A stretch of 64,000 nt of DNA from Arenicellales bacterium (GTDB lineage: Bacteria > Pseudomonadota > Gammaproteobacteria > Arenicellales > JBFEOO01): contig JBFEOO010000007.1 of assembly GCA_041550555.1 (NCBI GenBank), positions 22,598-86,597 of the forward strand, given 5' to 3'. The position numbers were made by a program, and so were the translations under genes. Numbering within the stretch: the stretch's first letter is position 1; every line of letters begins with the position of its first letter. Below, in pieces: positions 29,407 through 38,516 of the stretch. Below the pieces are notes generated by a model. The model had not been told where the DNA came from and searched no databases. It was given only the letters and a program-made list of their open reading frames with translations.

Positions 29407-30588
29407 TCACGGCGCGGGGCCGGGACCCTCACCGAGACGGTCGAGCAGCGCTTCGACGAACGCCTCGCAGCGAGCAATCTGCTCCCGGTCGATGAACTCG
29501 TTCGGCTTATGCGCCTGGGCGATGCTGCCGGGCCCGCAGACCACGGCCGGAATTCCGGCCTGCTCGAACAACCCGGCCTCCGTGCCGAAGCTGACCTTGC
29601 CGCTCTCGCGGCTGCCGGTGAGGTGTTGCGCCAGACCCACCACAACCGTTTGGGCGTCGCCCGACAGCCCCGGTATGCCGGAGAGCTCTTCCCACTCGAA
29701 ACCCGCCTGTGGCGAGACGGCTTGCATCTCCGGCAGCAGACGGCGCTCGGTGAACGCGCGCACCTCGGCGAGCAGCGCCTGAGGGTCTTGCTCCGGCAGG
29801 TAGCGGAACTCGAACTCGAAGCTGCATTCCTTGGGAACGATATTGAGCGCCGTGCCGCCGCGCATCACGCCGGTATGCACCGTCGTGTAAGGGGGATCGT
29901 ATTCGCCATCGTAAGGCCCTTGGTCGCGAAAACGCCGCGCCATCGCCTTGAGAAAGGCCACCGTCTCCGCCGCCGCCTCCACGGCGTTGACACCGCGGTG
30001 CGCGAGTCCCGAGTGGCACTCGAGGCCGTGTACGCAACAGCGCGCGGAGAGCTTTCCCTTGTGCGCCCGTACGACCTCCATCCGCGTCGGCTCGCCGACG
30101 ATGCATCCGGTTGGCTTGACGGGTCGCCGCGCGAGCTCGTCGAGCAGTCCGCGCACGCCGACACAGCCCACCTCCTCGTCGTAGGAGAACGAGAAATGTA
30201 CCGGGGTCTCGAGGTTGCGCGCGATGATCTGTGGAGCGTAGGCGAGGGAGACGGCGATGAAGCTCTTCATGTCCGAGGTGCCACGACCGTAGAGGCGCCC
30301 CTCGCGCTCCACCACCGCATAGGGATCGGTGTCCCAGCTCTGGCCGTCGACCGGCACGACGTCGGTGTGACCCGACAGCACGATACCGCCGCGATCCGCC
30401 GGGCCCAGCGTCGCGAACAGATTGGCCTTGCGCCGCTCGCGGTCGTACACGAGCTCCGAGGTGACACCAAGTCGGTCCAGCTCGCCGCGAACGAACTCGA
30501 TCAGCTCGAGGTTCGAGTTGCGGCTCGTGGTATCGAAGCTCACCAGCTTCTTGATCAGCTCGATCGTCTCCGCTTTCGGCTCGCTCAT
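29407..30588 (-). CDS. argE: Acetylornithine deacetylase-type M20 amidohydrolase
   Basis: LIKKLVSFDTTSRNSNLELIEFV, SGHTDVVPV and YGRGTSDMKSF. Specificity within M20 is not resolvable by eye. Confidence 0.8.
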   Translation of the reverse strand: MSEPKAETIELIKKLVSFDTTSRNSNLELIEFVRGELDRLGVTSELVYDRERRKANLFATLGPADRGGIVLSGHTDVVPVDGQSWDTDPYAVVEREGRLYGRGTSDMKSFIAVSLAYAPQIIARNLETPVHFSFSYDEEVGCVGVRGLLDELARRPVKPTGCIVGEPTRMEVVRAHKGKLSARCCVHGLECHSGLAHRGVNAVEAAAETVAFLKAMARRFRDQGPYDGEYDPPYTTVHTGVMRGGTALNIVPKECSFEFEFRYLPEQDPQALLAEVRAFTERRLLPEMQAVSPQAGFEWEELSGIPGLSGDAQTVVVGLAQHLTGSRESGKVSFGTEAGLFEQAGIPAVVCGPGSIAQAHKPNEFIDREQIARCEAFVEALLDRLGEGPGPAP

Positions 30589-30707
30589 GGTCGTTGCTCT
30601 CCGGTTGATTCGACGTCACGGACAGTGCGCTGTTGCCGAAACCCGCGGGAGCGGGAGCCGCCCCGCTCGCCGGCGGCGGTCCCGCGGCGCCGCGCTGTCC
30701 CCCGATT

Positions 30708-31586
30708 TCACGGCGCCGTCGCCGCGACGAACTCCACCATCACTCCGAGCGTCTCCGACGGCCCGGTGCGCAGCGCCTGGCCGGTGTCGACAACGCTGAC
30801 GCCCGCATCCAGCAGGCACGCCCGCGCCCGGTCGAGATCGACTACCGCCACGCGGTAGCCCGCGAAGAACGGCGTAGCGGGACCCTCCGGCGTCTGCGTG
30901 CCGGGATAGCGGGCGCGAAACACCCGCTCCGTCAGCACCTCGAGCCGACCGCCGAGGGTCTGCACCTGCAGCGCGCCGTCGTTCTCGGATATGTCGCGTT
31001 CGTCGAGCAGGCGGGTGAAGAAATCTCTCGTCGCGGCAGGATCAGGAGCGAGCATGATAACCGCGTTCACGGCGAGCGCGGTATTGGCGTGCGCTTGGTA
31101 ACGGCGCTTCCAGAAGTGCTGCGGAGCGTGCTGCTGGCACACGAAGAAAACGGCCTCGGGCATCCCCGCATCGGTGACGAATGCGAGCGAGAAGCCGACG
31201 GTGACCTCGCTGCCGTCGGGAAGCCGCGCCTGGCGCTCGAAATCGAACGGCGCGTAGGTCGTGAGGCCGCGCTCGACGAACTCGGCGTGGTCGCGGCGCG
31301 CGTCGTCGCTCGCGAAGACCAGCATCGACATGCCTTCGCGGACTTCGACAAAACGCCGGTTGTACTCGCCGAAGCTGAAGACGCCCGCACGCGAAGGCTC
31401 GATCGCACCAGGGTCGGCGATGCACAACAGCTCGAGGAAATTGCCCTGCAGCTGCACGAGGCGGTTCGCCGTGCCGAACGGATGCCGCGCGCGCGGGGTC
31501 AGGGTGAAGCCGAGCGCTTCGTAGCGGCTCTGCGCTGCCGGCAGATTTCGCGCACAAATGACCAGGTGATCGATACCGCGTTGCAC
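30708..31586 (-). CDS. VOC (glyoxalase/dioxygenase) superfamily protein, two-module
   Basis: GIDHLVICARNLPAAQSRYEALGFTL is a typical VOC first strand. GTG 31586 is in frame, with GAGG 7 nt upstream. The listed 467-aa ORF is over-extended. Confidence 0.7.
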   Translation of the reverse strand: MQRGIDHLVICARNLPAAQSRYEALGFTLTPRARHPFGTANRLVQLQGNFLELLCIADPGAIEPSRAGVFSFGEYNRRFVEVREGMSMLVFASDDARRDHAEFVERGLTTYAPFDFERQARLPDGSEVTVGFSLAFVTDAGMPEAVFFVCQQHAPQHFWKRRYQAHANTALAVNAVIMLAPDPAATRDFFTRLLDERDISENDGALQVQTLGGRLEVLTERVFRARYPGTQTPEGPATPFFAGYRVAVVDLDRARACLLDAGVSVVDTGQALRTGPSETLGVMVEFVAATAP

Positions 31587-31789
31587 CGCCGCGCCTCGCT
31601 CTCTTCTCTGCGGTTCGGCGCTATTGTGGCACAGCCGGATGGTGCCGCACCGCTGGCGGCCGACCACATCGTGCGGGCGTGGCCGCAGCGGGCGACGGTT
31701 GTTCGCGGCCGTACACCCGTGCCAGAATCCGACCGGCGGCGAAGTGACGGCCTCGCCACGCGCTGCACCGCCCTCGCACGTTTGACGAG

Positions 31790-32170
31790 ATGAGCCGCCT
31801 GATTCTGAGAGGTATCTTGCTGTTGTGCGCCACCGCCCCCTGGCAGGCGATCTCGGCGCAGGGCGACGCGGAGCGCGGCCGCGAGATCTCCATCCGGCTT
31901 TGCGCACGCTGTCACGTCGTCGGCGACCACAATCCGATGGGTGGAATCGGCAGCACACCCTCCTTCCAGGCCATGACCTTTCTCTCCGACTATATCGAGC
32001 GCATGCAGACGTTCTACGCGCGACGACCCCACCCGGCGTTCGTTCAGGTGCCGGGCCAGCAGGCGGCGGCCGGCGGCCAGAGCTACGGACCCGAGCTAAC
32101 GGTAACGCCAACGGAGATCGACGATATCGTCGCGTTCGTCGAGCAGATCGCCGCGCAGCGCTCGCCGTGA
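31790..32170 (+). CDS. Monohaem c-type cytochrome, secreted
   Basis: Signal peptide MSRLILRGILLLCATAPWQAISAQG and a single CARCH haem-binding motif. Confidence 0.75.
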   Translation: MSRLILRGILLLCATAPWQAISAQGDAERGREISIRLCARCHVVGDHNPMGGIGSTPSFQAMTFLSDYIERMQTFYARRPHPAFVQVPGQQAAAGGQSYGPELTVTPTEIDDIVAFVEQIAAQRSP

Positions 32171-33780
32171 GCGAGACCGCGGGGGTCTGGGATTACGTCG
32201 TCGTCGGTGCGGGCAGCGCCGGCTGCGTCGTCGCCCATCGCCTGTCGGCCAATCCGAACACGCGAGTGCTGCTGCTCGAGGCCGGGACGCGCGACCGCTA
32301 TCCGTGGATCCATGTGCCCGTCGGCTACTTCAAGACCATGCACAATCCGCGCACCGACTGGTGCTATGTCACCGAGCCCGACGCGGGACTGAACGGCCGC
32401 AGCATCAAGTGGCCGCGGGGCAAGGTGCTTGGCGGGTCCAGCGCGTTGAACGGCCTTTTGTACGTGCGCGGGCACCCGGCGGACTATGACCACTGGGCGA
32501 GGCTCGGCAACCCGGGCTGGTCTTACCGCGACGTGCTGCCTTATTTCAAAAGCTCCGAGGATCAGGAGCGGGGTGCTGATGCCTACCACGGCACCGGCGG
32601 CCCTCAGAAAGTCTCGGACATTCGCACCCGACGCGCTGTCTGCGATGCCTTCATTGCCGCCGCGGAGGAGATCGGCATACCGCGCAATGACGATTTCAAC
32701 GGTGCCCGACAGGAGGGTGCGGGCTACTTCCAGCTCACAGTGCACGGCGGGCGGCGCTGGAGCACCGCCACCGGCTATCTGCGCCCGGCGCGCCGGCGCC
32801 CGAATCTGCGCGTGATGACACGCGCTCTCGCGCGGCGGGTCGAGTTCGAGGGCAAACGCGCCACCGGCGTCACGTTCTCGATCGACGGACAGTCGCAGAC
32901 GGCGGGCGCCGCCGGCGAGGTGGTGCTGGCAGCCGGCGCCATCGGCTCCCCGCAGATTCTGCTGCTCTCGGGAATCGGCGACGGCGAGCTGCTGCGCCGC
33001 TTCGCCATTGCCACGGTCGCTGACGCGCCCGGCGTCGGCGAGAACCTGCAGGACCATCTGCAGATACGCGCCGTGTACAAGTGCCGCCGCCCGACGCTCA
33101 ACGACGAGGTCAACAACCCGCTGCGGCGCATGTTGATCGGGCTCGAATATCTTCTGTTCCGCACCGGGCCGATGACGATGGCGGCCAGCCAGGTCGGTAT
33201 CTTCGCGCGCAGCGACGCCGCCCTTGATCAACCGGACATCCAGTTTCACATCCAGCCCTTGAGCTCCGACAGCCCCGGCGAAGGGCTGCACCGCTTCTCG
33301 GGCATCACGTCGTCGGTATGTCAGCTGCGGCCCGAGAGCCGCGGCCGGATCGTTCTGACGTCGCCCGATCCGGCCGCCTACCCGGCAATCCACCCCAACT
33401 ACCTGGCGACACCGCTCGATCAGAAGACCGCCATCGCCGGCATGAAAGCGTCCCGGCGCCTGGCTCAGACGGCCGCGCTCGCACCGCACATCGTGGAAGA
33501 GTTCGATCCGGGCCCCGGGGTGCAGACCGACGACGAGCTGCTCGAGCACGCGCGCAACACCGCCACCACGATCTATCATCCGGTGGGCACCTGCAAGATG
33601 GGACCGGAGTCCGACGATTCTGCGGTGGTGGACGCGCGTCTGCGCGTGCGCGGCGTCGAAGGTCTGCGCGTCGTCGACGCGTCCATCATGCCAACGCTGA
33701 CGTCGGGCAACACCAACGCCCCGGCCATCATGATCGGCGAGAAAGGCGCCGATCTGATTCTCGAGGACGCCTCGCGTTAG
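32167..33780 (+). CDS. GMC-family FAD oxidoreductase (choline/alcohol dehydrogenase-like)
   Basis: GTG 32167 overlaps the cytochrome c stop (GTGA). [32 protein letters not shown] (FAD fold) and C-terminal active-site region [11 protein letters not shown]. Confidence 0.9.
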   Translation: MSETAGVWDYVVVGAGSAGCVVAHRLSANPNTRVLLLEAGTRDRYPWIHVPVGYFKTMHNPRTDWCYVTEPDAGLNGRSIKWPRGKVLGGSSALNGLLYVRGHPADYDHWARLGNPGWSYRDVLPYFKSSEDQERGADAYHGTGGPQKVSDIRTRRAVCDAFIAAAEEIGIPRNDDFNGARQEGAGYFQLTVHGGRRWSTATGYLRPARRRPNLRVMTRALARRVEFEGKRATGVTFSIDGQSQTAGAAGEVVLAAGAIGSPQILLLSGIGDGELLRRFAIATVADAPGVGENLQDHLQIRAVYKCRRPTLNDEVNNPLRRMLIGLEYLLFRTGPMTMAASQVGIFARSDAALDQPDIQFHIQPLSSDSPGEGLHRFSGITSSVCQLRPESRGRIVLTSPDPAAYPAIHPNYLATPLDQKTAIAGMKASRRLAQTAALAPHIVEEFDPGPGVQTDDELLEHARNTATTIYHPVGTCKMGPESDDSAVVDARLRVRGVEGLRVVDASIMPTLTSGNTNAPAIMIGEKGADLILEDASR

Positions 33781-33822
33781 CCGTTCGGCGACCGCCCCGG
33801 CGAACCCCGTCGCCGTCCCGAT

Positions 33823-34284
33823 TCAGCCGGCCTGCTGCAGCAGCTCCTTCGCTTGCGCGACCCACTGCTCGCGCTCGATTCGGCCCGAGAAATTCAGCTC
33901 TCTGTTGACGCGCTCGATGTCCGCCTCGGTGAACTCGGCGATCTGCTGGAAGCGCGTCACGCCGATGGCGTGCAGCTTCTGCTCGATGGCAACCCCGACG
34001 CCCTTGATCAACTTTAGATCGTCGCCCTGCGACACCGAAGCCGGCTCGGCCGCACCGCTGGTCGCGGTCGCCTCGCTCGCAGCTACCCCGACCGCCGGCT
34101 GCGCCGCCGCGCTGCCCTCGGCAACCGCCTCGTCCGCCGCCACCGGTGACGACGCCGGCGCGGCCAACGGGGTGCGCAGTCGACGCTGGCGGTCTCTGCG
34201 ATCGAGCTCTCCCAGCCAATAGAGAATCGCTCCCACGATGGCGATGCTCAAGACAAACCAGAGAATTGCCCAGCCTATGCCCAT
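33823..34284 (-). CDS. Membrane-anchored protein with C-terminal helix-hairpin-helix-like domain
   Basis: N-terminal TM GIGWAILWFVLSIAIVGAILYWL, low-complexity Ala linker, then DDLKLIKGVGVAIEQKLHAIGVTRFQQIAEFTEADIERV. Second ATG (34284) has GGAGG at 7-nt spacing. Confidence 0.6.
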   Translation of the reverse strand: MGIGWAILWFVLSIAIVGAILYWLGELDRRDRQRRLRTPLAAPASSPVAADEAVAEGSAAAQPAVGVAASEATATSGAAEPASVSQGDDLKLIKGVGVAIEQKLHAIGVTRFQQIAEFTEADIERVNRELNFSGRIEREQWVAQAKELLQQAG

Positions 34285-34374
34285 CGACATGCCTCCCTGA
34301 CGGCGGTGAGGCGCACGGCCTTGCGATCAACGACCGCGTCACCCCTCATAATGATACCTTGGCCCGCGGCCGGC

Positions 34375-34404
34375 GGGGTAATCCATCGCGGGGTAATCCA
34401 TCGC
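34375..34404. repeat. Perfect tandem duplication, 2 x 15 bp (GGGGTAATCCATCGC)
   Basis: Read directly: copies at 34375..34389 and 34390..34404. The second copy ends on the first base of the methyltransferase stop triplet. It lies about 20 nt upstream (minus sense) of a TATCATTAT -10-like element at 34348..34356. Confidence 0.9.
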
Positions 34405-34889
34405 TAAGCAGGGCCCGACCGCGGCACTCGATACAGATAGTACGGCCAGCGGCCGACATCCGCAGGCAACGGCAGACGAATCCAGCCGGCACCCTCCATT
34501 TCCCGATCACCCAACACGACCGCGGCCTCACGCAGCAGCGGCGCCAGCAGCGGGACGATCTCGCGCACGGTGCCGGCGTCGGCGCTCAAATCGTCGGAGC
34601 CGATGTCCGCGTGCACGAGTGCAAACCGCCCGCGATAGCGATGCGACAGCGCCGCGAGCGTCTCGCGAAACTCGCCGAGCACCAGCGACGCCGGCGGCGG
34701 CGTGTGCCGCGGCGGCGCATGCAGCTCGCGGTCGAGAACGAGTATCTCCCGTTCGGCCAGCCGCTCCCGCAGGTGGTCGTAGGTGCGGCCCTTGCCCAGA
34801 CCGAGCTCCAGCACGGGGCCCGCCAGGTCGGCCACCAAGGCGACCGCGTGATCCAGACAGGCGCGCTGGGTCACCAGCCGCTCGATCAT
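34404..34889 (-). CDS. Small class I SAM-dependent methyltransferase-like protein
   Basis: 161 aa from ATG 34889. VLELGLGKGRTYDHL resembles a motif I glycine loop, followed by ILVLDRE and ALVHADIG. The listed 380-aa ORF upstream part is Arg/Ala/Gly junk. Confidence 0.6.
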   Translation of the reverse strand: MIERLVTQRACLDHAVALVADLAGPVLELGLGKGRTYDHLRERLAEREILVLDRELHAPPRHTPPPASLVLGEFRETLAALSHRYRGRFALVHADIGSDDLSADAGTVREIVPLLAPLLREAAVVLGDREMEGAGWIRLPLPADVGRWPYYLYRVPRSGPA

Positions 34890-35352
34890 GCGATCCAGCT
34901 CGCTCACAGCGGCTCGGCGGTCGCGACCGCCCCTGGCCCGCCCGGCGGCGGCACCACAGCGAACTCGCGGGGGCAGCCGGCTGTCATACTGAGCTGAGCA
35001 GACGCCGCGCGCAATGGCTGCCGCAGGGCCCGAGCGGCCGCTTCCTCCGGCCGGCGCGCCCCGTGCAGCCGCGTGCCGCACGCAGGGGCGAAGGGCGTGC
35101 CTGCAGAATTGAGGGGCAATTCCGAGTAAGCTCTGCATGCCGCCGACCGGCTTCGCCGCCCGTGCCTCGAGCGGGCCAGCCGGGCGAGCGGTCCCAGGGC
35201 GCCGGCCGCACGGGCGAGCCACTGCATGGCGTCCGGAGACACCGCGACGAGGGCCGCAACGGCTCGGCCGCGCACCGGGACAGCGGGCCCAATACGGCTG
35301 CCGCCGTGGGGATGCACCCGCTCGGCGGGGCTCTGCTGACGAGGTTAGGGCG

Positions 35353-36405
35353 ATGATGGACAAGGTACGAACCACGTTTCTGGCGATGACTCTGCTGCTG
35401 CCGCCGGCGACCGCGGCAGGTGCCGAGCACACCGAGACCGGCATCGGCGAATTCCGCGGCGCCATGCCGACCGAGATACCTCCCTGGTTCAAGGAGAGCT
35501 TTCTCGACTTCGAGGAAGACATCGACGAGGCCGCTCGGGAAGGCAAGCGGTTGCTGCTTTACTTTCAACAGCCGGGCTGCCCCTACTGCAACAGGCTTGT
35601 CGAGCACAACTTCACGCAGCAAGACATCTACGACACCGTCCGCAATCGCTTCGACGTCGTGGCGATAAACATGTGGGGCGACCGCGAGGTCGTCAGCGTG
35701 GGCGGCAAAGCGTTCACGGAGAAAACGCTCGCCGCGGCGCTCAAGGTCAACTACACGCCAACTCTGCTGTTCTTCGGCGAGGACCGAAAAGTCGTGCTGC
35801 GGCTCGACGGCTACTATCCCCCCGAGCACTTCCGCATCGCACTCGACTACGTCGCAGGGCGTCACGAGAAGACGGCGAGCTTCTCCGAGTATTTTGCAGC
35901 ACAGATGCCCGAGCCGGCCACCGGCCGGATGCACGCCGAGCCGTTCTTCGCCGCGCCGCCTTTCGATCTCGATCGCACGGGGCGCTCGGCGGAACGGCCG
36001 CTGGCCGTGTTCTTCGAGCAGAAGCAATGCTCGAACTGCGACGCCCTGCACCAGAAATCGCTGCGCGACGGCGCGACACGCGCGCTGGTCGAGCAGTTCG
36101 ACGCGGTGCAGCTCGACATGTGGGGTGACGAACGCGTCGTGACCCCGGCCGGCGAGAACACAACGGCCAAACAATGGGCGCAGGCGTTGGACATCCACTA
36201 CGCCCCCTCGATCGTGTTTTTCGACACCGCGGGGCGCGAGGTCATGCGCAGCGACGCCTACCTCAAGAGCTTCCACCTGCAGTCGGTCTTCGAATACGTC
36301 CTGACGGGCAGCTACGAGGAGCAGCCGAGCTTCCAACGCTACATATCCGCGCGCGCGGACCGCTTGCGCGAGCAAGGCATCGACGTCGACATCTGGCGGG
36401 ACTGA
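35353..36405 (+). CDS. Secreted protein with two thioredoxin-like domains
   Basis: Signal peptide MMDKVRTTFLAMTLLLPPATAAGA. Two repeated modules with redox motifs GCPYC and QCSNC, each followed by a WGD(R/E)xVV pattern. SD GAGG upstream of ATG 35353. Confidence 0.8.
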   Translation: MMDKVRTTFLAMTLLLPPATAAGAEHTETGIGEFRGAMPTEIPPWFKESFLDFEEDIDEAAREGKRLLLYFQQPGCPYCNRLVEHNFTQQDIYDTVRNRFDVVAINMWGDREVVSVGGKAFTEKTLAAALKVNYTPTLLFFGEDRKVVLRLDGYYPPEHFRIALDYVAGRHEKTASFSEYFAAQMPEPATGRMHAEPFFAAPPFDLDRTGRSAERPLAVFFEQKQCSNCDALHQKSLRDGATRALVEQFDAVQLDMWGDERVVTPAGENTTAKQWAQALDIHYAPSIVFFDTAGREVMRSDAYLKSFHLQSVFEYVLTGSYEEQPSFQRYISARADRLREQGIDVDIWRD

Positions 36406-36421
36406 GTCCGCTTGCGCCGGC

Positions 36422-36931
36422 TCACTTTATGAGGATCTGGTGCGCGAACGCGTCGCCGTCGGTGACGGTGAGCTGTTCGAATCCGAGCAGCTTCAGAAGA
36501 TCGAGAAAGGTGAAGACCTCCTCGACCCTGAACTCCCGGAAAAACTCCGTGGTGCGGGAGCGGGCCGTCAGCAGCGCCAGCAGGCCGCGCATGCGATACA
36601 CGGTCCCGAACGCGCCGTCGTAGAGACTGGTGATGATGAGCTTCTCGGCTCGCTCGCCTTTGGGAAAAATGGCCAACTGCGGCGGGTAGGGGTTGTTCAT
36701 CATCGAATTGGTGAGCTGGGTGATATAGAGGACGCGCTTGCGCCGATCGCCGTCGGGCAACGTCTGGGTGCGCGAAACGTAGGTCTCCGAGCTGGTCGGC
36801 TCCGGGTAGTAGTAGCCGCTGTGCCGGTCGTCGGCCGACGCCGGGCTGCCGGCGAGGGCGCACATGGCCCCACCGAGCAGCAAGGCACGGGTCGAAATGC
36901 GGCGGTACTTCCGTTGTGAGGGGCCTGTCAT
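36422..36931 (-). CDS. Secreted conserved hypothetical protein
   Basis: Signal peptide ...LLLGGAMCALAGSPASA. Globular non-low-complexity sequence (YYYPEPTSSETYVSRTQ...LIITSLYDGAFGTVYRMRGLLALL). No recognisable domain. Confidence 0.6.
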   Translation of the reverse strand: MTGPSQRKYRRISTRALLLGGAMCALAGSPASADDRHSGYYYPEPTSSETYVSRTQTLPDGDRRKRVLYITQLTNSMMNNPYPPQLAIFPKGERAEKLIITSLYDGAFGTVYRMRGLLALLTARSRTTEFFREFRVEEVFTFLDLLKLLGFEQLTVTDGDAFAHQILIK

Positions 36932-37464
36932 GCGTCGTCTCCGGTGTCCAGTTGCGTGTCATGCGGTTCGGGGACCAGCGCCGCGGTTCGCGCTGCGCCG
37001 GCACACCGCGCAGCCATCGCATTGAAGCACACCTGCCCCTGAAACGAAAACCAATGTTGGCGGCCGAGGCCGACGTGTTGGAGGCGGACGAGCGCCTGCT
37101 CACCCACGCCCGCGATGTCGGCGCCATCGTGCGCGAGAGCTCCAGCATGGCGCCGTGCTCGGCGGCCCGCCCAGGTCATCGCGGCAACGCCGTGCACGAT
37201 GTCGTTACGCTGCTGCACCGGGTCCACGCGACGTTGACCGCCGCCAGCGACAGCGCGCCCCATGGGCGCGCGGCGACGTAGGCGCCTCGGCGCCGCACCC
37301 GCTCGCGACTATACAGCTCGCCGCGGCTGCGAATATGATAGCTTGAGCGGCTGCGCGCTCGAAGGCAACGCCTCGGGCTCCCGCTGCGCAGACCGCCCGG
37401 CCCTGCGCCGGCGGCGCAGCAGCTCAAGAACCACACCCGTCCGGACGACCCGATGGAGGAGACG

Positions 37465-38439
37465 ATGAGACGGTTGATCGCTGTCACGACCCTGCCGCTG
37501 CTCGGACTGGCCTGGCCCGCCACTGCGGCGGCCGAGCGATGGGATATGCCCATGGCTTATGCGGCCGGCAACTACCACACCGAGAACGGCGTCCGCTTCG
37601 CCGAGGCCGTCACTCAGGCGACCGGCGGCGATATCGAGGTCGTGGTGCACGCGTCGGGTTCACTGTTCAAGGGCGGCGAGATCTTCCGTGCGGTGCGTAC
37701 CGGCCAGGCCCCTATCGGCGAGCGGCTCATCTCGGCGCTGGGCAACGAGGATCCCCTGTTCGAGCTCGACTCGCTGCCCTTTCTGGCGACCAGCTTCGCC
37801 GACGCGCGCAGACTCTACGACGCCTCGCGACCGGCGCTGGCGGCAAAGCTCGACGAGATGAATCTGAGATTGCTCTACGCGGTGCCCTGGCCGCCGCAGG
37901 GCCTGTACGTCAAGAACCCCGTGACGGCCGCCGCCGACATGAAGGGGATCAAGTTCAGAGCCTACAACGCGATGACGTCTCGGCTCGCCGAGCTGATGGG
38001 CGCGGTGCCGACGAAGATCGAGGCCGCGGAGCTCAGCCAGGCCTTCGCCACGGGCGTTGCCGACAGCATGATCTCGTCCGGCTCGACCGGCTACGACCGC
38101 AAGATCTGGGAGCACGTCAGGTACTGGTATGACGTGCAGGCGTGGCTGCCCAAGAACATGGTGTTCATCAACAAGGACGTCTGGACGGGCCTCGACGCCA
38201 CGGCACAGGGCGTGATCGCCGGCGCTGCCGCCATGGCGGAAGCCGCGGGCTGGGCCGAGGCCGAGCGGCTCGCCACCTGGTACAAGGAGCAGCTCGCCGC
38301 CAACGGCATGGAGGTGGGTCCACCCGGCGAAACGCTCAGGGCGGACTTCGAACGTATCGGCGCCAAGATGACCGAGGAGTGGCTCGAGCGCGCCGGTGAC
38401 GCCGGCAAGCGCGTCGTCGAGGTCTACCGCGGCGGCTGA
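37465..38439 (+). CDS. dctP: TRAP transporter substrate-binding protein (DctP family)
   Basis: Signal peptide MRRLIAVTTLPLLGLAWPATAAA, then ERWDMPMAYAAGNYHTENGVRFAEAV. ATG 37465 preferred because GGAGGAG sits immediately upstream; 37453 is possible. Confidence 0.85.
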   Translation: MRRLIAVTTLPLLGLAWPATAAAERWDMPMAYAAGNYHTENGVRFAEAVTQATGGDIEVVVHASGSLFKGGEIFRAVRTGQAPIGERLISALGNEDPLFELDSLPFLATSFADARRLYDASRPALAAKLDEMNLRLLYAVPWPPQGLYVKNPVTAAADMKGIKFRAYNAMTSRLAELMGAVPTKIEAAELSQAFATGVADSMISSGSTGYDRKIWEHVRYWYDVQAWLPKNMVFINKDVWTGLDATAQGVIAGAAAMAEAAGWAEAERLATWYKEQLAANGMEVGPPGETLRADFERIGAKMTEEWLERAGDAGKRVVEVYRGG

Positions 38440-38516
38440 TACCGTCGGCGAAACCGCCCGCGCGGCGGCGGCGTAGGCCGCTCCGCCGACCACCCCACAG
38501 CACCCGCCTCCCGCGC

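Noticed and set aside
31615-31650. Sigma-54 promoter (TGGCAC present at about 31628; also GGCAAC...TTGC near 54700)
   Set aside because: The GG-N10-GC spacing to a TTGC element is not satisfied at either site. No enhancer-binding protein gene is nearby.
34890-35352. RNase P RNA, cobalamin or guanidine-III riboswitch in the 460-bp gap
   Set aside because: I looked for GAGGAAAGUCCGGGC and ACAGAACCCGGCUUA (RNase P), a B12 box, and the ykkC-III consensus on both strands. Only short chance resemblances (ACGAGG, CCGGGACA) were present. The downstream gene class does not fit either.
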